From an uncultured Clostridia bacterium (GTDB taxonomy: Bacteria > UBA6262 > WVXT01): DNA of 64,000 nucleotides. The translations under genes were made by a program, and so were the position numbers. The notes under the pieces were generated by a model. It was not told where the DNA came from. It saw only the letters and a program-made list of their open reading frames with translations, and searched no databases. This document shows, piece after piece, positions 10,269 through 19,272 of the stretch (position 1 is its first letter; each line of letters opens with the position of its first letter). Where the stretch lies: the NCBI GenBank assembly GCA_964403285.1, contig CAYOFG010000005.1, positions 9,995 through 73,994 of the forward strand. The letters run 5' to 3'.

Positions 10269-10465
10269 GGTCTCTGAAAAAGTCCTCCTCGATGTCTTTG
10301 CGAGGAGCAAAGCGGTTGCGAGGCGAAGCCGAAGCAAACTCGTGCGGAATTACGAGATTGCTTCACTTCGTTCGCAATGACACTTTGTGTCAGATTGCCA
10401 CGCCCTTCGGGCTCGTCCCGACTTTCAATCGGGAACAGACCAAAGTCAATACTTTTTCAGAGACC
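10269..10465 (+). repeat. 197-bp MITE-like element with 14-bp terminal inverted repeats (GGTCTCTGAAAAAG)
   Basis: An almost identical copy in inverse orientation lies at 18835-19027. The interior is built from CATTGCGAG / GCAATCTC palindromic sub-units. This copy sits between the two arms (10250-10260 and 10494-10505) of a GTGACAGGTA/GTACCTGTCAC palindrome. Confidence 0.8.
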
Positions 10466-10517
10466 TTTTTTTAAGCGATATCAAGAGAAAAAAGTACCTG
10501 TCACCTTTTTTTAGAAA

Positions 10518-10546
10518 TTGACAGGCAAATATAATAAGTGTATAAT
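10518..10546 (+). promoter_or_regulatory. sigma-70-like promoter for otsA (TTGACA-17-TATAAT)
   Basis: Perfect -35 TTGACA (10518-10523), a 17-nt spacer, and perfect -10 TATAAT (10541-10546), about 60 nt upstream of the otsA ATG. Confidence 0.6.
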
Positions 10547-10605
10547 ACAAAAAAGATAGCCCCACCGTTTATCACGTTTATCAAAATAGTAGGAGAAAAA
10601 TATAA

Positions 10606-12069
10606 ATGTGGACGAAAGAAAACTTAGAGGATACAATTAAAAATAAATTTGGTGGTTATGATTTTATCGTTGTTTCCAACCGAGAGCCATACGTCCATGA
10701 ATATTCGGGCAAGAAAGTCAGATGCGTGAAGTCTATTGGAGGTCTCACTACTGCCATTGATCCAATAATGAAGGCTTGTAAGGGTGTTTGGGTTGCTTAT
10801 GGAAGTGGAGATGCTGACAAGGATGTTGTGGATAAAAGTAACAAAATTAAGGTTCCTCCTGAGGACCCGAAGTATAGTTTAAAGAGAATATGGATGACCA
10901 AGGAAGAGGAGAACGGTTTCTATTACGGCTATGCGAATCAAGTTCTTTGGCCATTATCTCACATCGCCTATCGCCAGCCAATTTTTGACGCCTCCCATTG
11001 GGAGTATTACCAGAAAGTCAACCAGAAGTTTGCCGAAGCTATTCTGGAAGAGAAAAGAGATAAGAAATTGTTCGTCTGGCTCCAGGATTACCATCTAAGT
11101 ATATGTGCGAAAATTATCAAGGAGAAAAATCCCGATGCAATTGTCTCTCTATTCTGGCATATTCCCTGGCCCAACCCGGAGGTATTCAGGATATGTCCCC
11201 AGAAAAAGGAACTCCTGGAAGGGCTTTTAGCCAACGACCTTCTGGGATTCCACCTTCGCTACCATTGCCTCAACTTTCTGGATACCGTAAGCCAGGAATT
11301 GGAAGCCAAAGTCAATCGTGAAGAGTCTTCTGTTACCTATAGGGACCATAAGACTTTAGTGAGACCGTTTCCCATCAGCGTCGATGCCGCGGGTATCTCA
11401 CAGATGGCTAATAGTAAAGAAGTTAAAGAAAAAATGAAAAGCCTTCCGGAAGAGATAGACCCACCTTATGAAATCCTCTGTCTGAGTATAGATAGGGTTG
11501 ATTATACTAAGGGAATTTTGGAAAAAATCAGAGGAGTGGATAGATTTTTAGAGAAGTATCCCGAATACCAGGGGCGGTTCGTGTTCGTTCAGCTGGGGGC
11601 ACTGAGTCGATTGCACATCAAGACTTACAAGCAATTAATAGATGATATCCAGTCCCTGGCTGAAGATGTGAATTGGAAATACCGTTCTGGCTACTGGTAT
11701 CCCATTGTCCTCATCAATCGCCGGCTCGATTATACAACGCACCTCGCCTACTATCGCGCTTGCGACCTGTTCCTGGTAGGTTCTCTCCATGACGGAATGA
11801 ACTTGGTTGCCAAAGAGTACAATATGGCTAACGTAGACCTTAATGGAATGCTCGTTTTGAGCCAGTTTACAGGCGCAGCGAGAGAATTAAAGGATGCTAT
11901 TTTGATAAATCCTTTTGACACTGAAGGATTTGCCGATGCGATTTACTCTGCAGTTACGATGCCAGAGGAGGAGAGAAAAAAACGGGTGAGAAATATGCGG
12001 AAGATCATCCTGGAAAATAACATTTATAAATGGGCAGGGAAATTCATCCTCCAGTTAAGCGAATTATAA
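10606..12069 (+). CDS. otsA: trehalose-6-phosphate synthase (GT20)
   Basis: 487 aa. Contains VVSNREPY, GGLTTAI, NQVLWPLSH and VWLQDYHL blocks typical of OtsA. Confidence 0.8.
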   Translation: MWTKENLEDTIKNKFGGYDFIVVSNREPYVHEYSGKKVRCVKSIGGLTTAIDPIMKACKGVWVAYGSGDADKDVVDKSNKIKVPPEDPKYSLKRIWMTKEEENGFYYGYANQVLWPLSHIAYRQPIFDASHWEYYQKVNQKFAEAILEEKRDKKLFVWLQDYHLSICAKIIKEKNPDAIVSLFWHIPWPNPEVFRICPQKKELLEGLLANDLLGFHLRYHCLNFLDTVSQELEAKVNREESSVTYRDHKTLVRPFPISVDAAGISQMANSKEVKEKMKSLPEEIDPPYEILCLSIDRVDYTKGILEKIRGVDRFLEKYPEYQGRFVFVQLGALSRLHIKTYKQLIDDIQSLAEDVNWKYRSGYWYPIVLINRRLDYTTHLAYYRACDLFLVGSLHDGMNLVAKEYNMANVDLNGMLVLSQFTGAARELKDAILINPFDTEGFADAIYSAVTMPEEERKKRVRNMRKIILENNIYKWAGKFILQLSEL

Positions 12070-12077
12070 AATAAGTC

Positions 12078-12923
12078 TTGAGCAGGATAAGTATCGTGAA
12101 ATATGTTTTCCATGTTTGGCAAAATATTGAAAGGAGATTGTTCTCAGCTAAGAGGATACTTCTTCTTTTGGACTTCGACGGCACACTGACTCCCATTGTC
12201 GATCGTCCTGGGAAGGCGGAACTCCCTTCAGAGATGGAAGGAATTCTGAAATTTCTTACAAGAAAGAGAAGATTCGAGGTTGCTATTATAAGCGGAAGGT
12301 CTCTTTATGACTTAAAACAAAAAATCAAGATAAGGAACATAATTTATGTGGGAAATCATGGATTGGAGATAGAAAGGAAGGGAAAAAAATTTATCTATCC
12401 CCAAGCCTCAAAATCAATCCCCACTATGAAGGAACTAAAGAAAATTCTAAAAGCAAGACTTGGTTCTATTAGAGGAACAATTATTGAAGATAAGAGAGTA
12501 GGCTTAGCTGTACATTATAGAGGGGTAAAGAATTCCGACGTGCCAGAATTAAAGAGGACCGTGAGAGAAGTTTTCAGTCCGTTTATGGAAAAGAGGAAGA
12601 TAAGAGTTGGCCATGGGAAAAAAATGGTTGAGGCAAAACCTCCTATTATGTGGGATAAGGGGAAAGCGGCTTCTCTGCTTATAAATTCTTTCAGGCAAGA
12701 GAAACCTCTTCCCATCTATTTAGGAGATGATAAGACAGACGAAGATGCTTTTTCCTCGCTGGATGGGAAAGGGATTACTGTTTTCGTGGGAAAACCCGGG
12801 AAATCAAAAGCGAATTTTTTTCTCAAGAATATTCGTGAAGTGGGGATTTTCCTGAAGAGGCTTTCTGCTTTGAAGGTAGGAGGTCATAAACCAAGTGCAC
12901 AAGAAAACGGGCCGCCTGGTTAA
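12078..12923 (+). CDS. otsB: trehalose-6-phosphate phosphatase (HAD family)
   Basis: LLLDFDGTLTPIV (HAD motif I), later YLGDDKTDEDAF (motif III). It lies immediately downstream of otsA. Confidence 0.75.
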   Translation: MSRISIVKYVFHVWQNIERRLFSAKRILLLLDFDGTLTPIVDRPGKAELPSEMEGILKFLTRKRRFEVAIISGRSLYDLKQKIKIRNIIYVGNHGLEIERKGKKFIYPQASKSIPTMKELKKILKARLGSIRGTIIEDKRVGLAVHYRGVKNSDVPELKRTVREVFSPFMEKRKIRVGHGKKMVEAKPPIMWDKGKAASLLINSFRQEKPLPIYLGDDKTDEDAFSSLDGKGITVFVGKPGKSKANFFLKNIREVGIFLKRLSALKVGGHKPSAQENGPPG

Positions 12924-13596
12924 GGCCAGAGAGCCATTCCATTTCTATACCAGGCTTAATTTAATTGAGTTTACGGGTAAGAAAGCCACCAATTTGCGCG
13001 AGCTGGTAGAGATAATGAAAGAAGTACCGGGTTCGGTTATCTACCACCATACGCACCATTATCTGCAACAGCACCTTTATCTCTCACCGGAACCTCCCAA
13101 CGACTTTGCCTACTGGGTTACCTATATTCTTCGCGAGGATGAATTGGGAGAAGAGATTGCCAGTATTGACCTCTGCAAATTTTCTACGATTCGCTCCCTG
13201 AGAGAAAAAATTATAGAGACCATTGAACAGCATCTTGCCCAAAACCCTGAACCGCTACGCACGGCACTCCCGGGAGGAGAATTCCATTTCCTTAAGACGA
13301 TTACCTTTATTCTGCCTACTCCTTATGTTGCGGGTGACCTATTAGAGTTTCTGGAATCTATCAAGAAAATTTCTATCCATTCAATCTACTTCCATATGTT
13401 TGAGGCGAAACTAAGGTTAGAAAAAGGAGAAAACGATTTTTCTCGCTGGATTGAAGATATGCTGGGAGAGAAGGAACTTGCCGAGGAGATTGCCCGACTC
13501 GACCCTTATACTTTTACTATGGAAGGTTTGCGGGGTGAACTCTCAAGACTAATTGCCAAGTATATTCCTGGAGAAATAATCGAATGTCAACAATAA
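12895..13596 (+). CDS. conserved hypothetical protein embedded in trehalose locus
   Basis: 233-aa ORF between otsB and the TreT-like gene, overlapping both ends. I recognise no family. Confidence 0.4.
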   Translation: MHKKTGRLVKAREPFHFYTRLNLIEFTGKKATNLRELVEIMKEVPGSVIYHHTHHYLQQHLYLSPEPPNDFAYWVTYILREDELGEEIASIDLCKFSTIRSLREKIIETIEQHLAQNPEPLRTALPGGEFHFLKTITFILPTPYVAGDLLEFLESIKKISIHSIYFHMFEAKLRLEKGENDFSRWIEDMLGEKELAEEIARLDPYTFTMEGLRGELSRLIAKYIPGEIIECQQ

Positions 13597-14804
13597 GTGA
13601 CTACGAATCAATTGTGGGAGCTGATGTAATCAACGAATTAAGAATGCTCGCCCGGAAACTGAAGAATAAAGTTATTCAGAATATCAACTCCACTTCAGTA
13701 GGTGGGGGAGTAGCTGAGATTCTCGGCCGCATGGTTCCCCTCCTGCAAGATTTGGGAGTAGATACCCGCTGGGATGTGGTGGAGGGAGGAGAAAAGTACT
13801 TTCAGGTAACCAAGAAGTTCCATAATGCTCTCCACGGCAGGAAAACGGAGATTACCAGTGATGACTATGAAATTTTTCTTGAAACTACAAAGACAAACAT
13901 TGAACAGATGGAATTTTATGGCGATATAATTTTCGTTCATGACCCTCAGCCGGTAGCTTTAGTGGAAAAGAAAAAATACTTGAAGAGCAGTTGGATCTGG
14001 AGGTGCCATATCGATTTCACCTATCCCGACCCCGAAGTGTGGAAGTTTCTTAAATCCTTTGTAGAGCAATACGACGCCTGTGTTTTTTCAGCGCCTTCTT
14101 TCTCTCGCCCGTTGCCCATTAGGCAGTTTTTGATTTCTCCTTCCATCGACCCCTTAAGCGTTAAGAATAGAGACTTGTCCGAGGAAGAAATTAATGATGT
14201 TCTTGAGAGACTAAAGATAAATAGGGATAAGCCAATAATTACTCAAATTTCTCGTTTCGATTATCTCAAGGATCCTTTTGGGGTAATCGAAGCCTTCCGG
14301 CAGGTTAAAAAGTATGTCGACTGCCGACTGGTTTTGGCTGGAGGAGGTGCAATTGATGACCCTGAGGGAGCAAAAGTCTTTCAGGAAGTAGTAGAGAAAG
14401 CAGGGAATGACCCGGATATCAACGTTTTGCTTCTCCCCCCGGCAAGCGACCTGGAAATAAATGCCTTACAAAGGGCATCTACAGTCATTCTCCAGAAGTC
14501 TCTCAGGGAAGGTTTTGGGCTTACAGTGGCTGAGGCTTTATGGAAGGCTAAGCCAGTGGTTGCTTCTGCAGTAGGTGGCATACCTTTACAGATTACCCAT
14601 AAGTATTCTGGACTACTTTCCCACACAGTTCAGGGAACTGCTTATTGGATCAGGCAGCTGCTCCATAGTCCCGGGTACGCGACAAAGTTGGGCGAAAATG
14701 GTAAAGCACACATTAAGCAAAATTTCCTCCTTACCAGACACTTGAGAGAGTACCTGCTCCTTTTTCTATCCTTAGAAGAAAAAGGGGACATAATCTACTT
14801 ATAA
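13584..14804 (+). CDS. treT: trehalose glycosyltransferring synthase-like GT4 (TreT-like)
   Basis: Blocks NINSTSVGGGVAEIL, RWDVVEGG..FQVTKKFHNALHG, FVHDPQPVALV, WIWRCHIDF, SPSIDPLSVKN, PIITQISRFDYLKDPFGVIEAF, LQKSLREGFGLTVAEALWKAKPVV and LLTRHLREYL. I recall these as matching archaeal/bacterial TreT closely; the match is from memory, not a search. Confidence 0.7.
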   Translation: MSTISDYESIVGADVINELRMLARKLKNKVIQNINSTSVGGGVAEILGRMVPLLQDLGVDTRWDVVEGGEKYFQVTKKFHNALHGRKTEITSDDYEIFLETTKTNIEQMEFYGDIIFVHDPQPVALVEKKKYLKSSWIWRCHIDFTYPDPEVWKFLKSFVEQYDACVFSAPSFSRPLPIRQFLISPSIDPLSVKNRDLSEEEINDVLERLKINRDKPIITQISRFDYLKDPFGVIEAFRQVKKYVDCRLVLAGGGAIDDPEGAKVFQEVVEKAGNDPDINVLLLPPASDLEINALQRASTVILQKSLREGFGLTVAEALWKAKPVVASAVGGIPLQITHKYSGLLSHTVQGTAYWIRQLLHSPGYATKLGENGKAHIKQNFLLTRHLREYLLLFLSLEEKGDIIYL

Positions 14805-14890
14805 AAAAGTGACAGGTACTTTTTTCTTTCCTTTTTCTGTCACACCCTTTTAGATGTTAACTTTCTGTTAAGTTTTTGTTAAAAATCTGG

Positions 14891-14922
14891 TTGACAAAAC
14901 CTGTTTTTTGTGGTAATATAAT
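14891..14922 (+). promoter_or_regulatory. putative promoter upstream of riboswitch 1
   Basis: TTGACA at 14891-14896, with TAATAT/TATAAT 17-20 nt downstream. Confidence 0.4.
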
Positions 14923-14979
14923 ATTGCCCTAAGGGAGCTTGATAAGAGTTGTTTTGACAACATAATAAGTGAGTTTGAA

Positions 14980-15058
14980 TTGTCCGATAAAGGCAAACCT
15001 CGAGAAATCGGGGGGCGCAAAACCTCGGATCTAAGGAGCCACCTCTATGATGGCCGGG
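14980..15058 (+). promoter_or_regulatory. c-di-GMP-I (GEMM)-like riboswitch, copy 1 (translational type)
   Basis: UCCGAUAAAGGCAAAC, then the hairpin CCUCGA-GAAA-UCGGGG (GNRA loop), then GGCGCAAAACC. A second stem CUCGG...CCGGG encloses the AAGGAG SD and the AUG at 15047. Confidence 0.45.
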
Positions 15059-16765
15059 TTGCCGAAGACAATAAACAATATATGGAGCCGAATAGGCAGG
15101 AAAACGTGCTTGTTCGGTTTTATATTTATATTAACTGTAGTTCCTTTAAGAATTATTGCATTTGCTGAGAGTACTGAACAGACTGTTTTAGGAAATCTCC
15201 AAGTTGTCAATAACACGCTGTTTGGAAAATTCAATTATGGCAATGAACGTGCGGAAGGATTTCTGGAAGCTAAAGAGTCTTTCCCAGGAGGGGTAAGCGG
15301 CTTTGTAATAGGGACAAACATTGGTCTGGGTTCTCTTGAGGAGAATTGCGGAAAAGGGAAAATAGACGTAAAAGTATGTTTTACTAATGATAATCCGGTA
15401 TGGGAGCGAAGCGCTCTTTATAAAGTAGGAGCCGCATGGCTTCCCCAGTTGAATCTTGGCTCTACTCACTTAAAAGCCAGGCTGGGCCTTAGAGGGGGTT
15501 ACCTTTCAGTAACGACCACTACCGAGCCGATAGACCCGCCATACCCCTCTCAATTCCTTTATGGAGGCGAGAGCGGACTATCCATTTCCCAGGAGTTCAA
15601 AGGGATAACTTTTGAGACCGGAGTTACCGGGTATATGACTTACAGTTTCTATAATCAGACTAATCAGGTTGATAATTCGGGAATTGAGTTACAGGCGGGT
15701 AGCAGAGTAGAGGTTCTTCCGGTTATATTAAGACTGGGATGGACGGGGACTTTAGTAAGCTATAATCAGGACAAATACTTTTTTCTGGATTCTATGAGAG
15801 AGGACAGTTACGAAGTTAGCATCGCCTATGCTGGAGAAAGGTTTGGTGTGGGACTATTCAATTCTCTGGAAATCAGAGAGGGAATAGAATTTGCAAGGAA
15901 GAGGGACCTGACAGGTATGGGAGTCCAGGTAGGCGGATGGTTAGCGAAGGGGATTTTCTCGCAGGACCTTCTGGTCGGGAAAGAGGCCTTCACAATTTCA
16001 CTGGGTAGAGATTTTTCTGATGCATATTTTGAAGCCTACTGGACAAAAGACCAGAATTATGTAGAGACAGGTAATGGTAACATTTTTGGAGTGAGTTTCA
16101 AGTGCGGGATTGGGCCTAAGCCATCTGATCTTGTGGAAATTGAGTCTTATAAGAGTTATGTTCGAGAAGGTGATAGTCCGTTCAACGCATTGCCCGATTT
16201 TCGCCTGCCATTTACTGAAAGCGTAGAAAGACTCGATACTATGAACAAGGTTATAAGGTACACCAGAAGTAACCTGGAATATATCCCACAGAATGGTTAT
16301 GACCGCGACCCCAAGGAAGTGTTCGAGTTGAGGGGAGGAGACTGTGATGAGCAAGTCTTCTTTCAGCTACATGCCCTGAAGTCCCATGGCTATGATGATT
16401 TATACGAACTGGCTTTCGTGTCTCCCAGAATGGCACACGCCTTCTCATACGGTAAAGATAACAGGACAGGAGAAGAATATATATGGGAGTATGGCAGGGT
16501 ATTCAGATTGGATTTTGACCCTGACTCAAGCCTCTCAGAAAAGGAGAAGATGGCAGCTATCCTTTCATCCAGGAGTTACACAGAGGACTGGGAGTATCTT
16601 TGGACTTTCAAACCCCCAAGTTCTGACTATAGGAAATACAATTACCAGGATATGGAATGCGTTTATGAAGCCTGGAGTGACGAGATAGATATTTCAGGAG
16701 ATACGGTACAAGTAATTCCTGAGTCGGGAATAAGATTATTTATCGGCACAGAATTTGAAGAATAA
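15047..16765 (+). CDS. secreted protein, paralogue A of tandem pair (function unknown; C-terminal GGDCDE-containing domain)
   Basis: 572 aa with an N-terminal signal/TM. More than 90% identical to 17145-18818 across most of its length. Confidence 0.75.
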   Translation: MMAGLPKTINNIWSRIGRKTCLFGFIFILTVVPLRIIAFAESTEQTVLGNLQVVNNTLFGKFNYGNERAEGFLEAKESFPGGVSGFVIGTNIGLGSLEENCGKGKIDVKVCFTNDNPVWERSALYKVGAAWLPQLNLGSTHLKARLGLRGGYLSVTTTTEPIDPPYPSQFLYGGESGLSISQEFKGITFETGVTGYMTYSFYNQTNQVDNSGIELQAGSRVEVLPVILRLGWTGTLVSYNQDKYFFLDSMREDSYEVSIAYAGERFGVGLFNSLEIREGIEFARKRDLTGMGVQVGGWLAKGIFSQDLLVGKEAFTISLGRDFSDAYFEAYWTKDQNYVETGNGNIFGVSFKCGIGPKPSDLVEIESYKSYVREGDSPFNALPDFRLPFTESVERLDTMNKVIRYTRSNLEYIPQNGYDRDPKEVFELRGGDCDEQVFFQLHALKSHGYDDLYELAFVSPRMAHAFSYGKDNRTGEEYIWEYGRVFRLDFDPDSSLSEKEKMAAILSSRSYTEDWEYLWTFKPPSSDYRKYNYQDMECVYEAWSDEIDISGDTVQVIPESGIRLFIGTEFEE

Positions 16766-16798
16766 AAACAAGGGCAACCAAAGAGGTGGTGCTCCCTT

Positions 16799-16835
16799 AC
16801 CGCCAGTACCAGGAAGGGTACTGGCGGTTTTTTTT
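16799..16835 (+). terminator. rho-independent terminator
   Basis: ACCGCCAGTACC-aggaagg-GTACTGGCGG followed by eight T residues, directly after the stop of paralogue A. Confidence 0.75.
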
Positions 16836-16931
16836 AAAAAAGGGGACAGGCTACTTTTTCAAAATTTTACGTATTTTTTACAATTTTTTTACACATCCGT
16901 GATATTAATAGTATAGACTGTATTTAAATAT

Positions 16932-17066
16932 TCCGAAAAGGCAAACTCCGAGCAATCGGAGGGCGCAAAGCCTTGGGGTTACATAGATATACAACATTGC
17001 AGTTGAACCAGCCGGGCTGCCGATAACGAGTAGGGGAACCCGTTAGGGGTAGCCCGGCTTTTTTTT
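16932..17066 (+). promoter_or_regulatory. c-di-GMP-I (GEMM)-like riboswitch, copy 2 (terminator type)
   Basis: UCCGAAAAGGCAAAC, then hairpin CUCCGA-GCAA-UCGGAG, then GGCGCAAAGCC. Further downstream, the stem GCCGGGCU...AGCCCGGC plus eight U residues forms an intrinsic terminator just before the RBS/ATG of paralogue B. Confidence 0.55.
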
Positions 17067-17144
17067 AATCTGCTAGCCCACAAACTCAGTATGGAAAATG
17101 CTGTCAAAAGGGATGAAAAACTTTGGGAAAGAAGTGGGGGAAGT

Positions 17145-18818
17145 ATGTTCAAGGCATGCTTGTTCGGTTTTATATTTGTCATATTGACTATAGTTTCTTT
17201 AGAGACTATTACATTTGCCGGCACTTCTGACGAGACCATTTTAGGAAATCTCCAAATTGTCAATAACACCCTGTTGGGAAAATTCAATTACGGCACTGGA
17301 CGCGTGGAAGGATTTCTGGAAGCCAAAGAGTCTTTCCCGGCAGGGGTAAACGGCTTTGTAATAGGGACAGACATTGGACTGGGTTCTCCTGAGGCGAATT
17401 GCGGAAAAGGGAAAATAGACGTAAAGGTATGTTTTACTAATGATAATCCGGTATGGGAGCGAAGCGCTCTTTATAAAGTAGGAGCCGCATGGCTTCCCCA
17501 GTTGAATCTTGGCTCTACTCACTTAAAAGCCAGGCTGGGCCTTAGAGGGGGTTACCTTTCAGTAACGACCACTACCGAGCCGATAGACCCGCCATACCCC
17601 TCTCAATTCCTTTATGGAGGCGAGAGCGGACTATCCATTTCCCAGGAGTTCAAAGGGATAACTTTTGAGACCGGAGTTACCGGGTATATGACTTACAGTT
17701 TCTATAATCAGACTAATCAGGTTGATAATTCGGGAATTGAGTTACAGGCGGGTAGCAGAGTAGAGGTTCTTCCGGTTATATTAAGACTGGGATGGACGGG
17801 GACTTTAGTAAGCTATAATCAGGACAAATACTTTTTTCTGGATTCTATGAGAGAGGACAGTTACGAAGTTAGCATCGCCTATGCTGGAGAAAGGTTTGGT
17901 GTGGGACTATTCAATTCTCTGGAAATCAGAGAGGGAATAGAATTTGCAAGGAAGAGGGACCTGACAGGTATGGGAGTCCAGGTAGGCGGATGGTTAGCGA
18001 AGGGGATTTTCTCGCAGGACCTTCTGGTCGGGAAAGAGGCCTTCACAATTTCACTGGGTAGAGATTTTTCTGATGCATATTTTGAAGCCTACTGGACAAA
18101 AGACCAGAATTATGTAGAGACAGGTAATGGTAACATTTTTGGAGTGAGTTTCAAGTGCGGGATTGGGCCTAAGCCATCTGATCTTGTGGAAATTGAGTCT
18201 TATAAGAGTTATGTTCGAGAAGGTGATAGTCCGTTCAACGCATTGCCCGATTTTCGCCTGCCATTTACTGAAAGCGTGGAAAGACTCGATACTATGAACA
18301 AGGTTATAAGGTATACCAGGAGTAACCTGGGATATATCCCACAGAATGGTTATGGTCGCAACCCCAAGGAAGTGTTCGAGTTAAGGGGAGGAGACTGTGA
18401 TGAGCAAGCTTTCTTTCAGCTACATGCTCTGAAGTCCCATGGTTATGACGATTTATACGAACTGACCTTCGTGTCTCCCAGAATGGCTCATGCCTTCTCA
18501 TATGGTAAAGATAACAGAACAGGAGAAGAATATATATGGGAATATGGCAGGGTATTCAGATTGGATTTTGACCCTGATGTAAACCTTTCAGAAAAGGAGA
18601 AGATGGCAGCTATCCTTTCATCCAGGCGATGCACAGAGGATTGGGAACGCTTCTGGGCCTTCAGACCTACAAGTTCCGACTATAGGGACTACAATTACCA
18701 GAATATGGAGTGGGTCTATCAAACCTGGAGTAACGAGATAGACATTTCAGAAGATACGGTACAAGTAATTCCCGAATCGGGAATAAGGCTATTTATTGGG
18801 ACTGAATTTGAAGAATAA
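17145..18818 (+). CDS. secreted protein, paralogue B of tandem pair
   Basis: The ORF is called from 17091. The ATG at 17145 (MFKACLFGF...) has the strong RBS GGGGGAAG and aligns with the start of the signal peptide. The body is near-identical to paralogue A. Confidence 0.75.
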   Translation: MFKACLFGFIFVILTIVSLETITFAGTSDETILGNLQIVNNTLLGKFNYGTGRVEGFLEAKESFPAGVNGFVIGTDIGLGSPEANCGKGKIDVKVCFTNDNPVWERSALYKVGAAWLPQLNLGSTHLKARLGLRGGYLSVTTTTEPIDPPYPSQFLYGGESGLSISQEFKGITFETGVTGYMTYSFYNQTNQVDNSGIELQAGSRVEVLPVILRLGWTGTLVSYNQDKYFFLDSMREDSYEVSIAYAGERFGVGLFNSLEIREGIEFARKRDLTGMGVQVGGWLAKGIFSQDLLVGKEAFTISLGRDFSDAYFEAYWTKDQNYVETGNGNIFGVSFKCGIGPKPSDLVEIESYKSYVREGDSPFNALPDFRLPFTESVERLDTMNKVIRYTRSNLGYIPQNGYGRNPKEVFELRGGDCDEQAFFQLHALKSHGYDDLYELTFVSPRMAHAFSYGKDNRTGEEYIWEYGRVFRLDFDPDVNLSEKEKMAAILSSRRCTEDWERFWAFRPTSSDYRDYNYQNMEWVYQTWSNEIDISEDTVQVIPESGIRLFIGTEFEE

Positions 18819-18834
18819 GGGCAGCCAAATAAGA

Positions 18835-19027
18835 GGTCTCTGAAAAAGTATTGACTTTGGTCTGTCATTGCGAGTCCCGATTGAAAATCGGGGCGTGGCA
18901 ATCTGACATAAAGTGTCATTGCGAACGAAGTGAAGCAATCTCGTAATTCCGCACGAGTTTGCTTCGGCTTCGCCTCGCAACCGCTTTGCTCCTCGCAAAG
19001 ACATCGATGGGGACTTTTTCAGAGACC
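18835..19027 (-). repeat. 197-bp MITE-like element, inverted copy
   Basis: Reverse complement of 10269-10465 with a few indels. It has the same terminal inverted repeats. Confidence 0.8.
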
Positions 19028-19272
19028 AAAATAAAAGACTTGACAAATTCGCATTTTTGTAGCATTATTTAAAGAGGGTAAATAGGGATATAAGTGTGTG
19101 CTGGGGTGAATTTTTTTTGTCTGCATTTTGAAGTGTTGATTTCAAAGTTACAGTATTACTAAAATTGACGAAGACGTATCGGAGGAAAAGAACCCAATCC
19201 TTAGCCATGCAGGAGATATCGACCCCAGGCCCAGAATACAGGAGATTCGAACCTAGGCTTTAGTCAAGAAAG

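Noticed and set aside
11103-11321. small ORFs nested in or antisense to large genes (e.g. 11103-11321, 35811-36020, 55471-55822, 37919-38143, and most minus-strand ORFs inside the HK/kdp/ftsH genes)
   Set aside because: They overlap well-supported long CDSs in other frames, have no RBS or start context, and have low-complexity translations. They are treated as spurious.
19185-19260. tRNA-like T-arm fragment (AGATTCGAACCTAGG, the reverse complement of GGTTCGAATCT) upstream of the HK at 19273
   Set aside because: No D-arm, anticodon arm or acceptor pairing can be drawn on either strand. At most it is a tRNA 3' remnant.
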